Shown here: positions 26,583 to 35,642 of the stretch, piece after piece | How the letters are laid out: each line of letters opens with the position of its first letter | How positions within the stretch are numbered: position 1 is the first letter of the stretch | IMG/VR virus record: IMGVR_UViG_3300015371_000008 | Coordinates: 25,221 to 89,220 of that record | Strand: one strand, 5' to 3' | DNA from: a virus | Length of the DNA stretch: 64,000 bases | Notes under the pieces: model-generated | What the model was told of the DNA's origin: nothing | The model's input: the letters and a program-made list of their open reading frames with translations, nothing else | The model's database searches: none | Made by a program: the position numbers and the translations under genes

Positions 26583-27215
26583 CTACTGCTTCAACGGCAT
26601 CGTCCGGATCTTCGGGTGCTGGCAGAACGGGCACTTACAGCGGGTGTAGCGCTTCCCGCGACGCAGCTGCTGAAGGGCTATCTTCCCCGAACAGCGGTAG
26701 TGCCGCCCCTCCCGGCACGGATTCGACACATCGACGAGCTTGCCGACCAGCGGGGTGGTGTGGTTCGGCCCCAGCGCCTCCCATGTGGCCTGCGCCCCCG
26801 CCTTCCGCCCCCGCTCTTCGGCCGCGAGGGCGGCCACGAGGGCGGCGCGGATCTGCTCCAGCGTTCCGGAGGCGACACCGGGCAGGGCCAGCAGGTCGGC
26901 GTCGGCCATCTCCAAGAGATCTCCGATCTTGGGGTTGTGGGTGACAGCGTCACGGAGCAGGACGTGCGCACGCAGCCCTCGATCCAGGGCCCTGCTTGCG
27001 CGGCTTGGCACGCCGGGCAGCCCGTCGGCGACGGGCTCATCTGCCGACACCAACTCCAGATCCAGGAAGTGTCTTACCAGATGGCGGATCTCCGTGCTGC
27101 TCACTGTGACCACGGCGACACTCACAAAATCGTTGTACCCGGACAGCCTCGCGGCCACCCGGGAACCGGCAGGTTGCGTGGCCGCGAACAGCCACTTGAT
27201 CCTTTCTATCATCAA
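26583..27215 (-). CDS. RNA polymerase alpha-CTD-like (HhH) domain protein with C-terminal Cys/His cluster
   Basis: GLRAHVLL..KIGDLLEMADADLLALPGVASGTLEQIRAAL resembles alpha-CTD; CREGRHYRC..CKCPFCQH; start uncertain. Confidence 0.55.
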   Translation of the reverse strand: MMIERIKWLFAATQPAGSRVAARLSGYNDFVSVAVVTVSSTEIRHLVRHFLDLELVSADEPVADGLPGVPSRASRALDRGLRAHVLLRDAVTHNPKIGDLLEMADADLLALPGVASGTLEQIRAALVAALAAEERGRKAGAQATWEALGPNHTTPLVGKLVDVSNPCREGRHYRCSGKIALQQLRRGKRYTRCKCPFCQHPKIRTMPLKQ

Positions 27216-27268
27216 GGGCCGGGCCCCCGACAGTAGGGGGTCCGGCCCTTGAGATGGGCGCTAAATGG

Positions 27269-29032
27269 CTATGACTTCGGTGTGGTGGCCCGCCGCCGGT
27301 ACTCATCCAGGTAGACGGCGGCGCAGTCCACCAGCGCCTTCTCCTGCATCTTGGCCGGATCATTGGTGCAGCCGGACGCCGTCGCCTGGGTGGTGGCGTT
27401 GACGTTGGTCTGCGTCGTGGGCGGCTGTGTGGCGGCGTCCAGGGTGACGACAGAGGTGGCTGACGCCTGCCCGTAGGTGACGTCCATGTACAGCTTGGTG
27501 ACACCGCGCACCTCGCCGAACAGTCGCCACTTCGTCTCCGTCAACGGCGTGAACTCCGTGAGCTTCAACCCCGAGGGGACCAGCGTGGAGTAGTCGCGGG
27601 AAATGGCCAGGTAGTTGACGGCGTCGGACAGCATGTCGTTGAAGTTGACGGGGTTGTGGTCGGCGCCGAAGACGTGGATGTCGAGCGGGTTCAGGGTGCC
27701 GCTGGTCACCCGGTCGGCCGGGATCATCGTGTAGGCGATGATCGACTGCGACTTTGAGCCGTTCGGCGTGGCCGGGGTGACGAACCACAGCCGCCGGGTC
27801 TTGCGGTCACGCAGAAGGAACTCCGAGGTGTTGCCCGCCTGAACCTCATCGGTGGCAGGCTCGAAACCGAAGCTGGCAAGGTTCATGTAGCGGCGTCCGG
27901 CGGTCCATTCGGTCGCCTCCCGCTGGTCGGTGACGATCGACAGCGGGTAGACCGGGCCGGGGAACTCGCCCGCCTTGACGTTCGGCTTCCACGTGATGTC
28001 GGGGGTTCCGGATGTGGAGCCCTTCAGCACCAGGACACCGGCCGGGACGCGGACCGTCTGCACCTCGAACGGTACGGCCTGCTGCACCGGGATGACGATC
28101 ACCGGGTAGCGGTCGGCAACCGGCGCCTTGGGGTCACCGGCGCAGTAGCCCCACACGTCGCTGCGCTCGAACAGCAGCTGCGGGTAGTACTCGGTGACGT
28201 AGTTCTCCAGGTCGTTCATCCTGTCGCCGTTGAAGGCGCGGTTGAACTTGTAGCCGTCGCGGAACGGGCACACCTGGGCGGCCTGCGCCTTGCCGTCCCA
28301 CTCGGCCACGCCGGAGATCGGCTGGATCCGCTCGGAGCCGTCCAGGATGGTGGTCCACACGCCGGTGTCGGCGTCCTTGCCGGGCAGGTAGGTGGCCGAC
28401 TCCTCCATGACGTCCACCCGTTGCACCGTCGAGGCGGCCTTGCCGATCGCCTTGAGGGCGCCGTTGAGGGAGGCGGTACGGCCCTCCCAGTCGGGCACGA
28501 ACGGGGTGTCGGACACCTTGATGCACGCCTTGACGTCGTGCACGCCGTATTGGCAGCCGTTGGCCGCCTTGGTCATCGTGGCGGGCTTGTCGTCGGCCGT
28601 CTTGAACAGCGGCGCCGTGGAGGGGGGCGTCTTGGTCGGCAGGTGGTAGACGGTGGCGGAGGAGTAGTAGCGGCCGTCGTCCTTGTCGTTGTCCCAGAAC
28701 GCGGCCACCATCGGGGCCAGGCAGACCAGCGCCAGGATAGCGGCGAGCACTCCCACGGAATTGTCCCCGACGGAGGGTCGATACTCGCTGGTGAGCATGA
28801 TGACCGCCGTGCCGATCATGCCGACGATGACGTAGATCCAGGCCAGCGGCGTGTAGGAGCCGACATCGAACAGGCCGCCGGGCAGCAGCCACTCCTGGAC
28901 AGCCAGGGAGAGGGACTGGCGGGCTTCTCCGAGGCCGTGTCCGAAGAGGGCCAGGAATCCGGTGATGATGAAGTAGACGGCGGGGATCCACAGCCACCAG
29001 ACGATGACGCCGACGATACGACCAAGCGACAT
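27269..29032 (-). CDS. Large membrane-anchored protein
   Basis: Three N-terminal TM helices and a long extracytoplasmic domain; AAGGAG RBS. Confidence 0.75.
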   Translation of the reverse strand: MSLGRIVGVIVWWLWIPAVYFIITGFLALFGHGLGEARQSLSLAVQEWLLPGGLFDVGSYTPLAWIYVIVGMIGTAVIMLTSEYRPSVGDNSVGVLAAILALVCLAPMVAAFWDNDKDDGRYYSSATVYHLPTKTPPSTAPLFKTADDKPATMTKAANGCQYGVHDVKACIKVSDTPFVPDWEGRTASLNGALKAIGKAASTVQRVDVMEESATYLPGKDADTGVWTTILDGSERIQPISGVAEWDGKAQAAQVCPFRDGYKFNRAFNGDRMNDLENYVTEYYPQLLFERSDVWGYCAGDPKAPVADRYPVIVIPVQQAVPFEVQTVRVPAGVLVLKGSTSGTPDITWKPNVKAGEFPGPVYPLSIVTDQREATEWTAGRRYMNLASFGFEPATDEVQAGNTSEFLLRDRKTRRLWFVTPATPNGSKSQSIIAYTMIPADRVTSGTLNPLDIHVFGADHNPVNFNDMLSDAVNYLAISRDYSTLVPSGLKLTEFTPLTETKWRLFGEVRGVTKLYMDVTYGQASATSVVTLDAATQPPTTQTNVNATTQATASGCTNDPAKMQEKALVDCAAVYLDEYRRRATTPKS

Positions 29033-29131
29033 GGCGACTCCTTTCCGATCTTTTCGGGTGTCGGTCCCGGGCGGGACCGGCTACCGGGGGCGCCACCACG
29101 CGGGGTTGGTGACGCGGCCTGGTGGCCGGTA

Positions 29132-29617
29132 CTACTTGCGGGTGGTGCTGGAACGGAAGGTGCCGGTGCTGCCGGACTTGGGCTGCCGCCGGTCGTCGCC
29201 GGACTTGACGCTCCCGCCGTAGCCGGGCTTGGCCTGGTAGGTCGGGGCGATGCCGAGCGTCTTGCGCACCGCCTCGTTGTAGGAGCGGGCCGCGCCTTGG
29301 GCGCGAGCGCTGCCGCCGTAGCGGGGATCACGAACCGTGGTCAGGACGTTGACGGGGCGGTGCGTTGCGCCGCCGCGCACGTACCAGCGGTTGCCAGTGC
29401 GGTAGGTGGAGCCGCCGTAGTACCAGACTGGCGGATAGTAGACGCCGCCGTAGTACCAGTTGGCATGATCCACGCAGTAGTCATCGGGTACGACCTGGAC
29501 GGAACCGTCGGGGTAGGTCGCCGTGCACTGCTGAAGTACGTAGGTGGGGCTGGAGCCGCAGGCGGTCAGGGCCGCGATGGCGGTGGCGGCGGCTACTGCC
29601 AGGGGGAGGGTTTTCAT
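29132..29617 (-). CDS. Lipoprotein
   Basis: Signal peptide with lipobox LTAC; Tyr/Gly-rich body. Confidence 0.7.
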   Translation of the reverse strand: MKTLPLAVAAATAIAALTACGSSPTYVLQQCTATYPDGSVQVVPDDYCVDHANWYYGGVYYPPVWYYGGSTYRTGNRWYVRGGATHRPVNVLTTVRDPRYGGSARAQGAARSYNEAVRKTLGIAPTYQAKPGYGGSVKSGDDRRQPKSGSTGTFRSSTTRK

Positions 29618-29730
29618 GGCGTTCCTCTCATCAGCGCCGGGGCCGGGAGTGGCCTGGCTACCTGAGGTGCACTCGCGGGCGGGGATGTGGTTGGGGGCCC
29701 GCGAGGGCACGGCCAGGGGGCCAGCTCTAC

Positions 29731-29877
29731 CTATCGGCCGCTCTGGGAGACGCGGATGGCGCGGTGCCGGACGTTGGTCCGGTTGCCTCGCTGGGCACGC
29801 CGGTGGCGGTTGCCGACCGGGGTGTAGCGCGGGTCGGGCTCGATGGTCGGGTACTCGTCGTCCATGTCGCGGTGCAT
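29731..29877 (-). CDS. Small basic protein
   Basis: AGGAG RBS after a GAGCGAC hairpin; MHRDMDDEYPTIEP... Confidence 0.45.
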   Translation of the reverse strand: MHRDMDDEYPTIEPDPRYTPVGNRHRRAQRGNRTNVRHRAIRVSQSGR

Positions 29878-29900
29878 CTAAGACTCCTGTGGTCAGGGGG

Positions 29901-29976
29901 CCGGTGTCGCTCAACCCGGTGGATCCCCGTCTGTTGTGTTAACTCAGAACGTACAGTCATTTAGCGGCTAGCGCAA
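29901..29976 (-). promoter_or_regulatory. CTAAATG-box promoter plus leader hairpin
   Basis: TTGCGC-17-TACGTT; CCGG-GTTGAGCGACA-CCGG. Confidence 0.75.
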
Positions 29977-30451
29977 GCTCGTTGAGCCGATTCCCTTCAG
30001 AACTTCGCCCACCTCGTCAACGACCAGCCGGGGCAGGTCGTTCCGTGCAGGCATCTTCCGCACACGCAGACGCCCACCGTCCAGCTCTTCCAGCACGCCA
30101 CAGCGCACCAGGGACAGCTCCGCGAAGGCGAACCACGCCTCCGCCGCATCGGCGTCGTCCGGGCGCCGCATCGGCGTCGTCCGGGCGCTGTACGTCCACG
30201 TCAGCGGCGCACGCCGCCACGGCGGCCACGCCGGACGGGAAGACGTCGCCGGGCAGCAGGCCGCGATACAGCGGCGCCTCACCGAGCCCAGGCTTGATGC
30301 TGGTGCAGCGGATGTGCGGCAGTTCGCCGCCGTGCAGGGCTGCGACGATGAGCTGGCAGCGCCGGTAGCAGTCCATGTAGTCGCGGCCGGGCTCGCCCAC
30401 CATGAAGGTGTCCAGGCCGGGCCACGTGACCACGTGCAGGGTGTAGGTCAT
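29968..30451 (-). pseudogene. Hypothetical gene frameshifted by a 22-bp tandem duplication
   Basis: Removing one copy of 30142-30163/30164-30185 joins ORF 30017-30451 to the C-terminal frame of 29968-30282, giving 153 aa. Confidence 0.7.
30142..30185. repeat. 22-bp perfect tandem duplication
   Basis: CGCCGCATCGGCGTCGTCCGGG x2. Confidence 0.95.
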
Positions 30452-30557
30452 GACTCACCCTCCTGCCGGGGGTAGGGGCGGCGGCGGCCGGTCGGCACAC
30501 CGCGCCGGGTCTGGCGCAGACCTTTGCGCCAGACCCGGGCGTTGTCGGCGGGACGCA

Positions 30558-30869
30558 TCAGGCGTCCGCCTGGTTGAGGTAGTGCAGGGGGCAAACGCTG
30601 ATTGACCAGTAGGTGACCGGCTCGATCCAGATGCCGTCCAGGTTCGCAGCGTGGATGCCGTTGACGCGGGCCTTGGCGTCGTCGAGGTCGAATCGGATAG
30701 ACCAGTCGTCCGGGCCTTCCTCCCACACGATCGCCCAGCGGGTGGGGGCCGACTCTAGCCAGTCCCAGTTCTCGATCAGTTCGGGACTGCGTGTGTCGGT
30801 GAGGTAGGCGGGGTGCGTGGCTCGGACGGCGGCGAGGACGGCCTCTGCCTGTTCACGGGTAACAGCCAT
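30558..30869 (-). CDS. Hypothetical phage protein
   Basis: AGGAG RBS after a three-way-junction element and GAGCGAC; WAIVWEEGPDDW motif. Confidence 0.7.
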   Translation of the reverse strand: MAVTREQAEAVLAAVRATHPAYLTDTRSPELIENWDWLESAPTRWAIVWEEGPDDWSIRFDLDDAKARVNGIHAANLDGIWIEPVTYWSISVCPLHYLNQADA

Positions 30870-30898
30870 GATCTTCTCCTAGGTTGTCGCTCTTGCGC

Positions 30899-30942
30899 GC
30901 CCCCGTCGGTCGCGAACCGGCGCCGCCGATGCGGGCGGAGGC
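30899..30942 (-). ncRNA. tRNA-like three-way-junction element 1
   Basis: GCCTCCG/CGGGGGC closing stem, CCGC..GCGG arm, GG-TTCGCGA-CC arm; then GCGCAAGAGCGAC. Confidence 0.6.
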
Positions 30943-30947
30943 TGCGG

Positions 30948-31181
30948 CTACGGCCGCTTGACGTATTCGCCGGGCGCCACCGTGAAGGTGCTGCCGTCGG
31001 CGTACTTCTCGATCCAGCCGAGTGAACCGGTGACGCGCGGGTTGTGCGGGACGCGCCGCTTGATCCATCGGTCGCAGGTGGTGCAGTGGCTGCGGTCGTT
31101 CAGCTTGAGGTTGGTGCACTTCACTTCGACGGTGGACTTCGGGTAGTGGCTGTTCTGGTACTTGGTGCGGCGGTTGGCCAT
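30948..31181 (-). CDS. Hypothetical protein
   Basis: GGAG RBS; CTTC motif. Confidence 0.55.
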   Translation of the reverse strand: MANRRTKYQNSHYPKSTVEVKCTNLKLNDRSHCTTCDRWIKRRVPHNPRVTGSLGWIEKYADGSTFTVAPGEYVKRP

Positions 31182-31184
31182 GAC

Positions 31185-31445
31185 TTACTCCCCGCCTTCA
31201 AGGTCGGCCTTGAGACCGGTGACCATGACGTACGTGGTGCCGTAGGGGTCCTCGATCACATAACCGGCGTCGTCGAGTGTCTTGGCGATCTGCGTCGCCG
31301 TGTGGACGGCGACCAGAGTTGTGGCGTGGATGGCAAGGACCTTGATCTCCGTGCTGCTCCAACTGACGAGGACATCTCGCGGCACGGCGTATCCGGCGGC
31401 GCGGACGGTTCTGATGATGTCGGCGGTGTCGAACTTGACGGCCAT
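31185..31445 (-). CDS. Hypothetical protein
   Basis: AGGAG RBS after a promoter cassette. Confidence 0.65.
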   Translation of the reverse strand: MAVKFDTADIIRTVRAAGYAVPRDVLVSWSSTEIKVLAIHATTLVAVHTATQIAKTLDDAGYVIEDPYGTTYVMVTGLKADLEGGE

Positions 31446-31460
31446 TTCGTTTCTCCTGTT

Positions 31461-31511
31461 GGTTGTCGCTCTCAACACAACCTACTGTACACCCATTTAG
31501 CGTTACGTCAA
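31461..31511 (-). promoter_or_regulatory. CTAAATG-box promoter plus leader hairpin
   Basis: TTGACG-16-TACAGT; GGTTGT..GAGAGCG-ACAACC. Confidence 0.8.
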
Positions 31512-31529
31512 GGTGTGCTGATGGCGGAT

Positions 31530-31889
31530 CTACGCGGCGTTCCGGGCCGCCGCACGCGCCTCCCGCTCCGCACGCAACCCGACGAACCGGCCATGCCGGA
31601 GGGCATTCTGGTTGCCCTTCGGCGCCCCGCCCTTGGCCGGTTCGTAGTTCTTGAACCACTCCCACGCCTGCTCCACGTTCCACACCCGGCAGGTCGGGCC
31701 GTAACCCTGCCGAACCCGGCAAGGCTCCGGCATGCCGGTCCTGTCACGGTGGATGTACCAGCTATTGACCTGCTTGTCGGTGATGTAACGGACGCCGCCC
31801 TTCGACTCGGCGGAGCGGGCAGTGAACAGGACGGCCAACTCCTTGGCGGAAGCGTCGGGATTGCGGCCGAGAATCGAGTCGCTCATCAA
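31530..31889 (-). CDS. AlpA/excisionase-like HTH DNA-binding protein
   Basis: SAKELA..ITDKQVNSW..GMPEP..RVWNVEQAWEW. Confidence 0.55.
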   Translation of the reverse strand: MMSDSILGRNPDASAKELAVLFTARSAESKGGVRYITDKQVNSWYIHRDRTGMPEPCRVRQGYGPTCRVWNVEQAWEWFKNYEPAKGGAPKGNQNALRHGRFVGLRAEREARAAARNAA

Positions 31890-31901
31890 GGTTTCTCCGA
31901 T

Positions 31902-32522
31902 CTATCCGAAGGCACCCCAGACGCGGTACGGCACACCCATCGTGATGGCGTGCCGCACCGTCGCCGAGGTGCCAGGGCTGTTGTTGTAGTTCCACGCCAT
32001 CAGCAGGGAGACGCGGGCGTCCGGGATCGGCGTGTAGTGCTTGCGTTCGCACCTGTTCGGCGGGCCGTCGTACAGGTAGCCGACCACGTTCGGGTTACGC
32101 CAATGCCCGGCCGATGGGCAGTAGTCGGGCAGGTGGCCCCGGCGCGGATGGTCCGGGTAGCCGGGGTTGGGTCGCCGGTGCGGCGAACCGTCGGCCTTGA
32201 ACTCTTTGCAGTGCGGGTTGCAGGCGGCCCAGTCGGCGGGCAACCGCTCCTCGATGATCTCGACGTCGGCGCGATTCGGGATAGCGGGACCCGCCTGGCC
32301 CTGCATGTGCGCGACCAGCGCGCTGCGGGGCGAAGATGCCCAGCGGTGCGCGATGGCGTCGGGGCCCTCGTCGGCGTCGCCGTGCCGCACGTACAGGGTG
32401 GAGTTCTCCGGCATGCGCAGCAGGTAGTCCGACAGTTCGTCGGTGACGACCGCATGCCACGCTGGACCCTGAGGCCATCCGACGGATCCGGCGATGGCCA
32501 GCCGCCGCCACGGCCTGCTCAT
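31902..32522 (-). CDS. SLOG-family (DUF2493/YspA-like) protein
   Basis: IAGS, VRHGDA.EGPDAIAHRWA, PADW, AGHWRN, SPGT. Confidence 0.75.
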   Translation of the reverse strand: MSRPWRRLAIAGSVGWPQGPAWHAVVTDELSDYLLRMPENSTLYVRHGDADEGPDAIAHRWASSPRSALVAHMQGQAGPAIPNRADVEIIEERLPADWAACNPHCKEFKADGSPHRRPNPGYPDHPRRGHLPDYCPSAGHWRNPNVVGYLYDGPPNRCERKHYTPIPDARVSLLMAWNYNNSPGTSATVRHAITMGVPYRVWGAFG

Positions 32523-33286
32523 GCCGCTTCCCGGCGCTGTGCGGTCGCCTGCGGGCCGCTCGCCGCGCTGCGCATGTGGCGCCACCACAGTCCGGCGCGG
32601 GCCGCCCAGATGACCCAGCGGGGCGCGTAGGCCATGTCGTACAGGGCCATCGCCCACTCCACATCGCCGCGTGCCGTATGGGCGTCGTAGGCGCCAGGGT
32701 CCACACCCAGGGCGCGGGACAGGTCCTTGGAGTACCAGTGCGGCCGGATGCCGAGCCGGGCGGCGGCGGCGGTCTCAGCGTCGAAGATGTGGTGATGCCA
32801 CGGCGGTTCGGAGTCGATCAGGCCGTGGCGGCGCAGCAGATCGCCGATACCCAGGTCTTCGAATCCGGGGACGCAGCCGATCAGGACAGGCTTGGCGTCC
32901 ATGCCGGTCAGGCCGGATGTCGGCCGGAACATGTAAGCGACGTCTGCGGCCAGTGCCGCCTCCACCGCCACCGGGTCGTAGGCGCCGTTGCGTTGCGGGT
33001 GCCGCTCGTCGAAGCGGCCGTAGCGGTTCATCAGGGCGAGCTGTTCGGGGTCGTCCAGGTTGAACGGCAGGTCCTCCAGTCGGACGAACGCCTGCAACCA
33101 CTCTTCGGAGCCGTCGGGGTTGCGGCGGCATAGGGCGATGTCCCAGATGCGGCGGCCGTCGAGCAGGAACGGCAGGCGCAGGCCGCCGCGTCTGCCGCCG
33201 GTCTCGGTGTCGGCGAACACCAGCGCCGGACCTTTCGGCTGGTACGACGGGGGCAGCATGCCGAGCATCGGGTAGTGCAGGGACAT
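32519..33286 (-). CDS. DEDDh 3'-5' exonuclease
   Basis: FADTETGG (ExoI), PGFED, AHTARGDV (ExoIII). Confidence 0.8.
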   Translation of the reverse strand: MSLHYPMLGMLPPSYQPKGPALVFADTETGGRRGGLRLPFLLDGRRIWDIALCRRNPDGSEEWLQAFVRLEDLPFNLDDPEQLALMNRYGRFDERHPQRNGAYDPVAVEAALAADVAYMFRPTSGLTGMDAKPVLIGCVPGFEDLGIGDLLRRHGLIDSEPPWHHHIFDAETAAAARLGIRPHWYSKDLSRALGVDPGAYDAHTARGDVEWAMALYDMAYAPRWVIWAARAGLWWRHMRSAASGPQATAQRREAA

Positions 33287-33548
33287 GGGCGGGCTCCTCT
33301 CATGCCCTCCGGGGGCCGAAGCCCCCGGGGGATGGTGCCGGATGGCGGGGTTACTGTCGCGGCCTCAGCGCAGGCTGCTCGCGGCCAGGTGGCGCAGTAC
33401 GGCGATGGCGACGACGGCGGCGGCCAGGATCAGAGCGCTTATAGCAGCACAGTGGAGGTGCAGCCGGTGGCCAGCCACAGGATGACGAACGGGGTGAACG
33501 GCGCGGCGGACAGGGCGATCCAGAACGCCATGATGGCGAGGCGGCGGT

Positions 33549-33893
33549 TCACGCGACACGCGCCCGCTCGTGGAACGGCACGATCATGTGGAGGCGGAGC
33601 GCGTCGGTCCGGCCGAACGGCCGGGAGACCGCTGTCCACTCGTCGTGCCGGTAGGCGCGCTTCCACTCGTACCAGCGCAGGAGGGTGGGTGCCAAGCCGG
33701 TGACGCGGTCGTACTTGAGGGCGAGGCGCTTGAGCCGGTCACCGCTGTCGTCGAGCAGGGTGAGGGTCTGGTCGCCGACGAACAGTTCGCCGTCGGGCTG
33801 ACCGTGGGTGACGTCCTTGGAGATGACGATCGTGTAGGTCTTGAACAGGAACGGGAAGGCAAGCCTCAGGTAGAGGCCGACGTACTCCTTCAT
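33549..33893 (-). CDS. Hypothetical protein
   Basis: AGGAG RBS. Confidence 0.6.
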   Translation of the reverse strand: MKEYVGLYLRLAFPFLFKTYTIVISKDVTHGQPDGELFVGDQTLTLLDDSGDRLKRLALKYDRVTGLAPTLLRWYEWKRAYRHDEWTAVSRPFGRTDALRLHMIVPFHERARVA

Positions 33894-33921
33894 GTTGATC
33901 TCCTGACTGGCCGGGTCGCAG

Positions 33922-34028
33922 GTCGCTCACCGAGACGACGGCCGGGGATGGTGGGACTCGCCTACGGCGGTCCTAGATTCGTGGGTATCAAACACAACCA
34001 TTGTGTCAGTCATTTAGCGTGTGGTCAA
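33922..34028 (-). promoter_or_regulatory. CTAAATG-box promoter with long leader
   Basis: TTGACC-17-CACAAT; GAGCGAC at ~33922. Confidence 0.65.
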
Positions 34029-34089
34029 GAATGGGAACGGCCCCCGCCGGGGAGTGGCGGGGGCCGTTCGATCTGGAGGCCGGTGGCGG

Positions 34090-34731
34090 TCAGGCCAGGT
34101 CGTTGCTGCTGATCGCGAACTCCGGCATCCGGTAGATCATGCGGTCGCGGAACCGGTCGTTCGCGGCGATCTCTTCCTCGCTTCGAAGGCCGCCACCGAG
34201 GCTGCGGAGAACGATCCGGATGGCGGCGATGACAGTCTTGCGGGTCAGGTCGCCCAGGTCGGCGTCGTGCTCGGTGACGCCCTGGAGAATGTCGGCGGCG
34301 ATGTCGCCGAGGTGGATGGCGATGTGCGCGGACCGAAGGTGGCGTGCCTGGCTGGAAACGTGAATGCTGGACAGGTTGGCGATCTCCTCGCGGGCCTTGT
34401 CGGCGTCGTTCATGAACTCGTTGAGCGCCATCATGATGCGGCGGTCGTTGGAGACGGCGTCTCGCTTCTCGGCCAAGGACTTGGCGGAGGAGGTTTTCGC
34501 CACTTCCTGCTTGACGAACCTCTCGACCCAGTCGGCCTTGGTGGCGGGCTTGGCGTCGTACTGGGACAGAGTGACGAGGTCGCGAAGTTCCGCGATGGTC
34601 ATCCCGTTGGCCTTCTCGCGCAGTTCGTCGGCAAACTTGGCGATGCGCGGCTCCAGGATGGGCTCAGCTTCGGCCAGGGCGCGGGTGGCGGGGGTGTTCA
34701 TGTTGTCGGTGTCGAACCGGGTGGCGGTCAT
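34090..34731 (-). CDS. Hypothetical protein with a Rho-N/SAP-like motif; paralog of 34871-35557
   Basis: MTIAELRDLV..AKPATKADWVE. Confidence 0.65.
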   Translation of the reverse strand: MTATRFDTDNMNTPATRALAEAEPILEPRIAKFADELREKANGMTIAELRDLVTLSQYDAKPATKADWVERFVKQEVAKTSSAKSLAEKRDAVSNDRRIMMALNEFMNDADKAREEIANLSSIHVSSQARHLRSAHIAIHLGDIAADILQGVTEHDADLGDLTRKTVIAAIRIVLRSLGGGLRSEEEIAANDRFRDRMIYRMPEFAISSNDLA

Positions 34732-34744
34732 CTGTTTCTCCTGT

Positions 34745-34796
34745 GATTGTCGCTCCGAACACAACCAGCGATACATCCATTTAGCGCGTACGTCAA
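34745..34796 (-). promoter_or_regulatory. CTAAATG-box promoter plus leader
   Basis: TTGACG-17-TATCGC; GGAGCGAC. Confidence 0.7.
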
Positions 34797-34818
34797 GGCT
34801 GTTATTCGTGTCGTTCGC

Positions 34819-34863
34819 GCCCCGCCTGGTCACGAACCGGCGCCCCCCGAAGAGGAGCGGGGC
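34819..34863 (-). ncRNA. tRNA-like three-way-junction element 2
   Basis: GCCCCGC/GCGGGGC, UUCG-capped arm, GG-TTCGTGA-CC. Confidence 0.6.
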
Positions 34864-34870
34864 TGACGCA

Positions 34871-35557
34871 CTACGGCTTGATCATGTCCACGGTGATCGG
34901 CATGCTCCGGTCCAGGGACATCACCAGAGCGCTGCGGAACCGCTCCGCCGCCGCCGCCTCCAGCAGATAGTCGGCCTTCAGCATGCTGGACAGCCCGTTG
35001 GCCAAGACCGCCGAAGGGAACTCGAACAGCGTCTCCATGGCTTCGGCGAGGGCCGCCAGGACGGCGTCACGCAGGTCGTCGCCCTTCTGTACGGCGCGGA
35101 GAACCCGGATCGCCCGACTGGCGGTCAGTTGCGCGATGGCGATGGAGTCGACCTGCCAGCGCATCACGGCGTACAGAGCCCTGCCGTTGGAGTCGTTGGC
35201 CAGTTCCCGCAGCTCCTTGTCGGCCGTGTCGGAGGCGTCGAGGAAGTCGTTTAGCTTCTCGGCCAGGTGCCGGTCCCGCTGCGCCTCCTTCTGGAGCTGC
35301 TTGAGCGTCTGGGCGGCGGCGGTCTTCTTCGACTCCTGATTGATGTACAGCTCGACCCAGTCGGCCTTGGTGGCGGGCTTGGCGTTGACCGGCTTGCCCA
35401 CGAACTCCTTGAGTTCGGCCACGGTCATCTCCTCGGCCGCCTCGTACGCCTCCCGCGTTCGGGTGGCGACGGCGTCCAGGAGGACGTCCTTGGCTTCGGC
35501 CAGGGCGCGGGTAGCAGGGGTGTCGAGTGTGTCGATGTTGAAGCGGTTGGCGGTCAT
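34871..35557 (-). CDS. Hypothetical protein with a Rho-N/SAP-like motif; paralog of 34090-34731
   Basis: MTVAELKEFV..AKPATKADWVE. Confidence 0.65.
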   Translation of the reverse strand: MTANRFNIDTLDTPATRALAEAKDVLLDAVATRTREAYEAAEEMTVAELKEFVGKPVNAKPATKADWVELYINQESKKTAAAQTLKQLQKEAQRDRHLAEKLNDFLDASDTADKELRELANDSNGRALYAVMRWQVDSIAIAQLTASRAIRVLRAVQKGDDLRDAVLAALAEAMETLFEFPSAVLANGLSSMLKADYLLEAAAAERFRSALVMSLDRSMPITVDMIKP

Positions 35558-35591
35558 CTGGCTACTCCTGTGGTTGTTGTCGCTCTGGAGT

Positions 35592-35633
35592 GCCCCGCCC
35601 GGTCATGAACCGGGAGCCGACTACGGTCGGGGC
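35592..35633 (-). ncRNA. tRNA-like three-way-junction element 3
   Basis: GCCCCG-ACCGTAGTCGGCT-CCCGG-TTCATGA-CCGGG-CGGGGC-A. Confidence 0.65.
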
Positions 35634-35642
35634 TGGTCGTGC

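Noticed and set aside
31044-32630. Long plus-strand ORFs (also 243-1340, 5350-6639, 28421-29665, 47525-49018, 52491-54002)
   Set aside because: These are antisense shadows of well-supported minus-strand genes in high-GC DNA, with no RBS or recognisable motifs.
33365-33552. Possible frameshifted membrane gene (two hydrophobic frames overlapping)
   Set aside because: No slippery site or duplication is evident; cannot be distinguished from chance.
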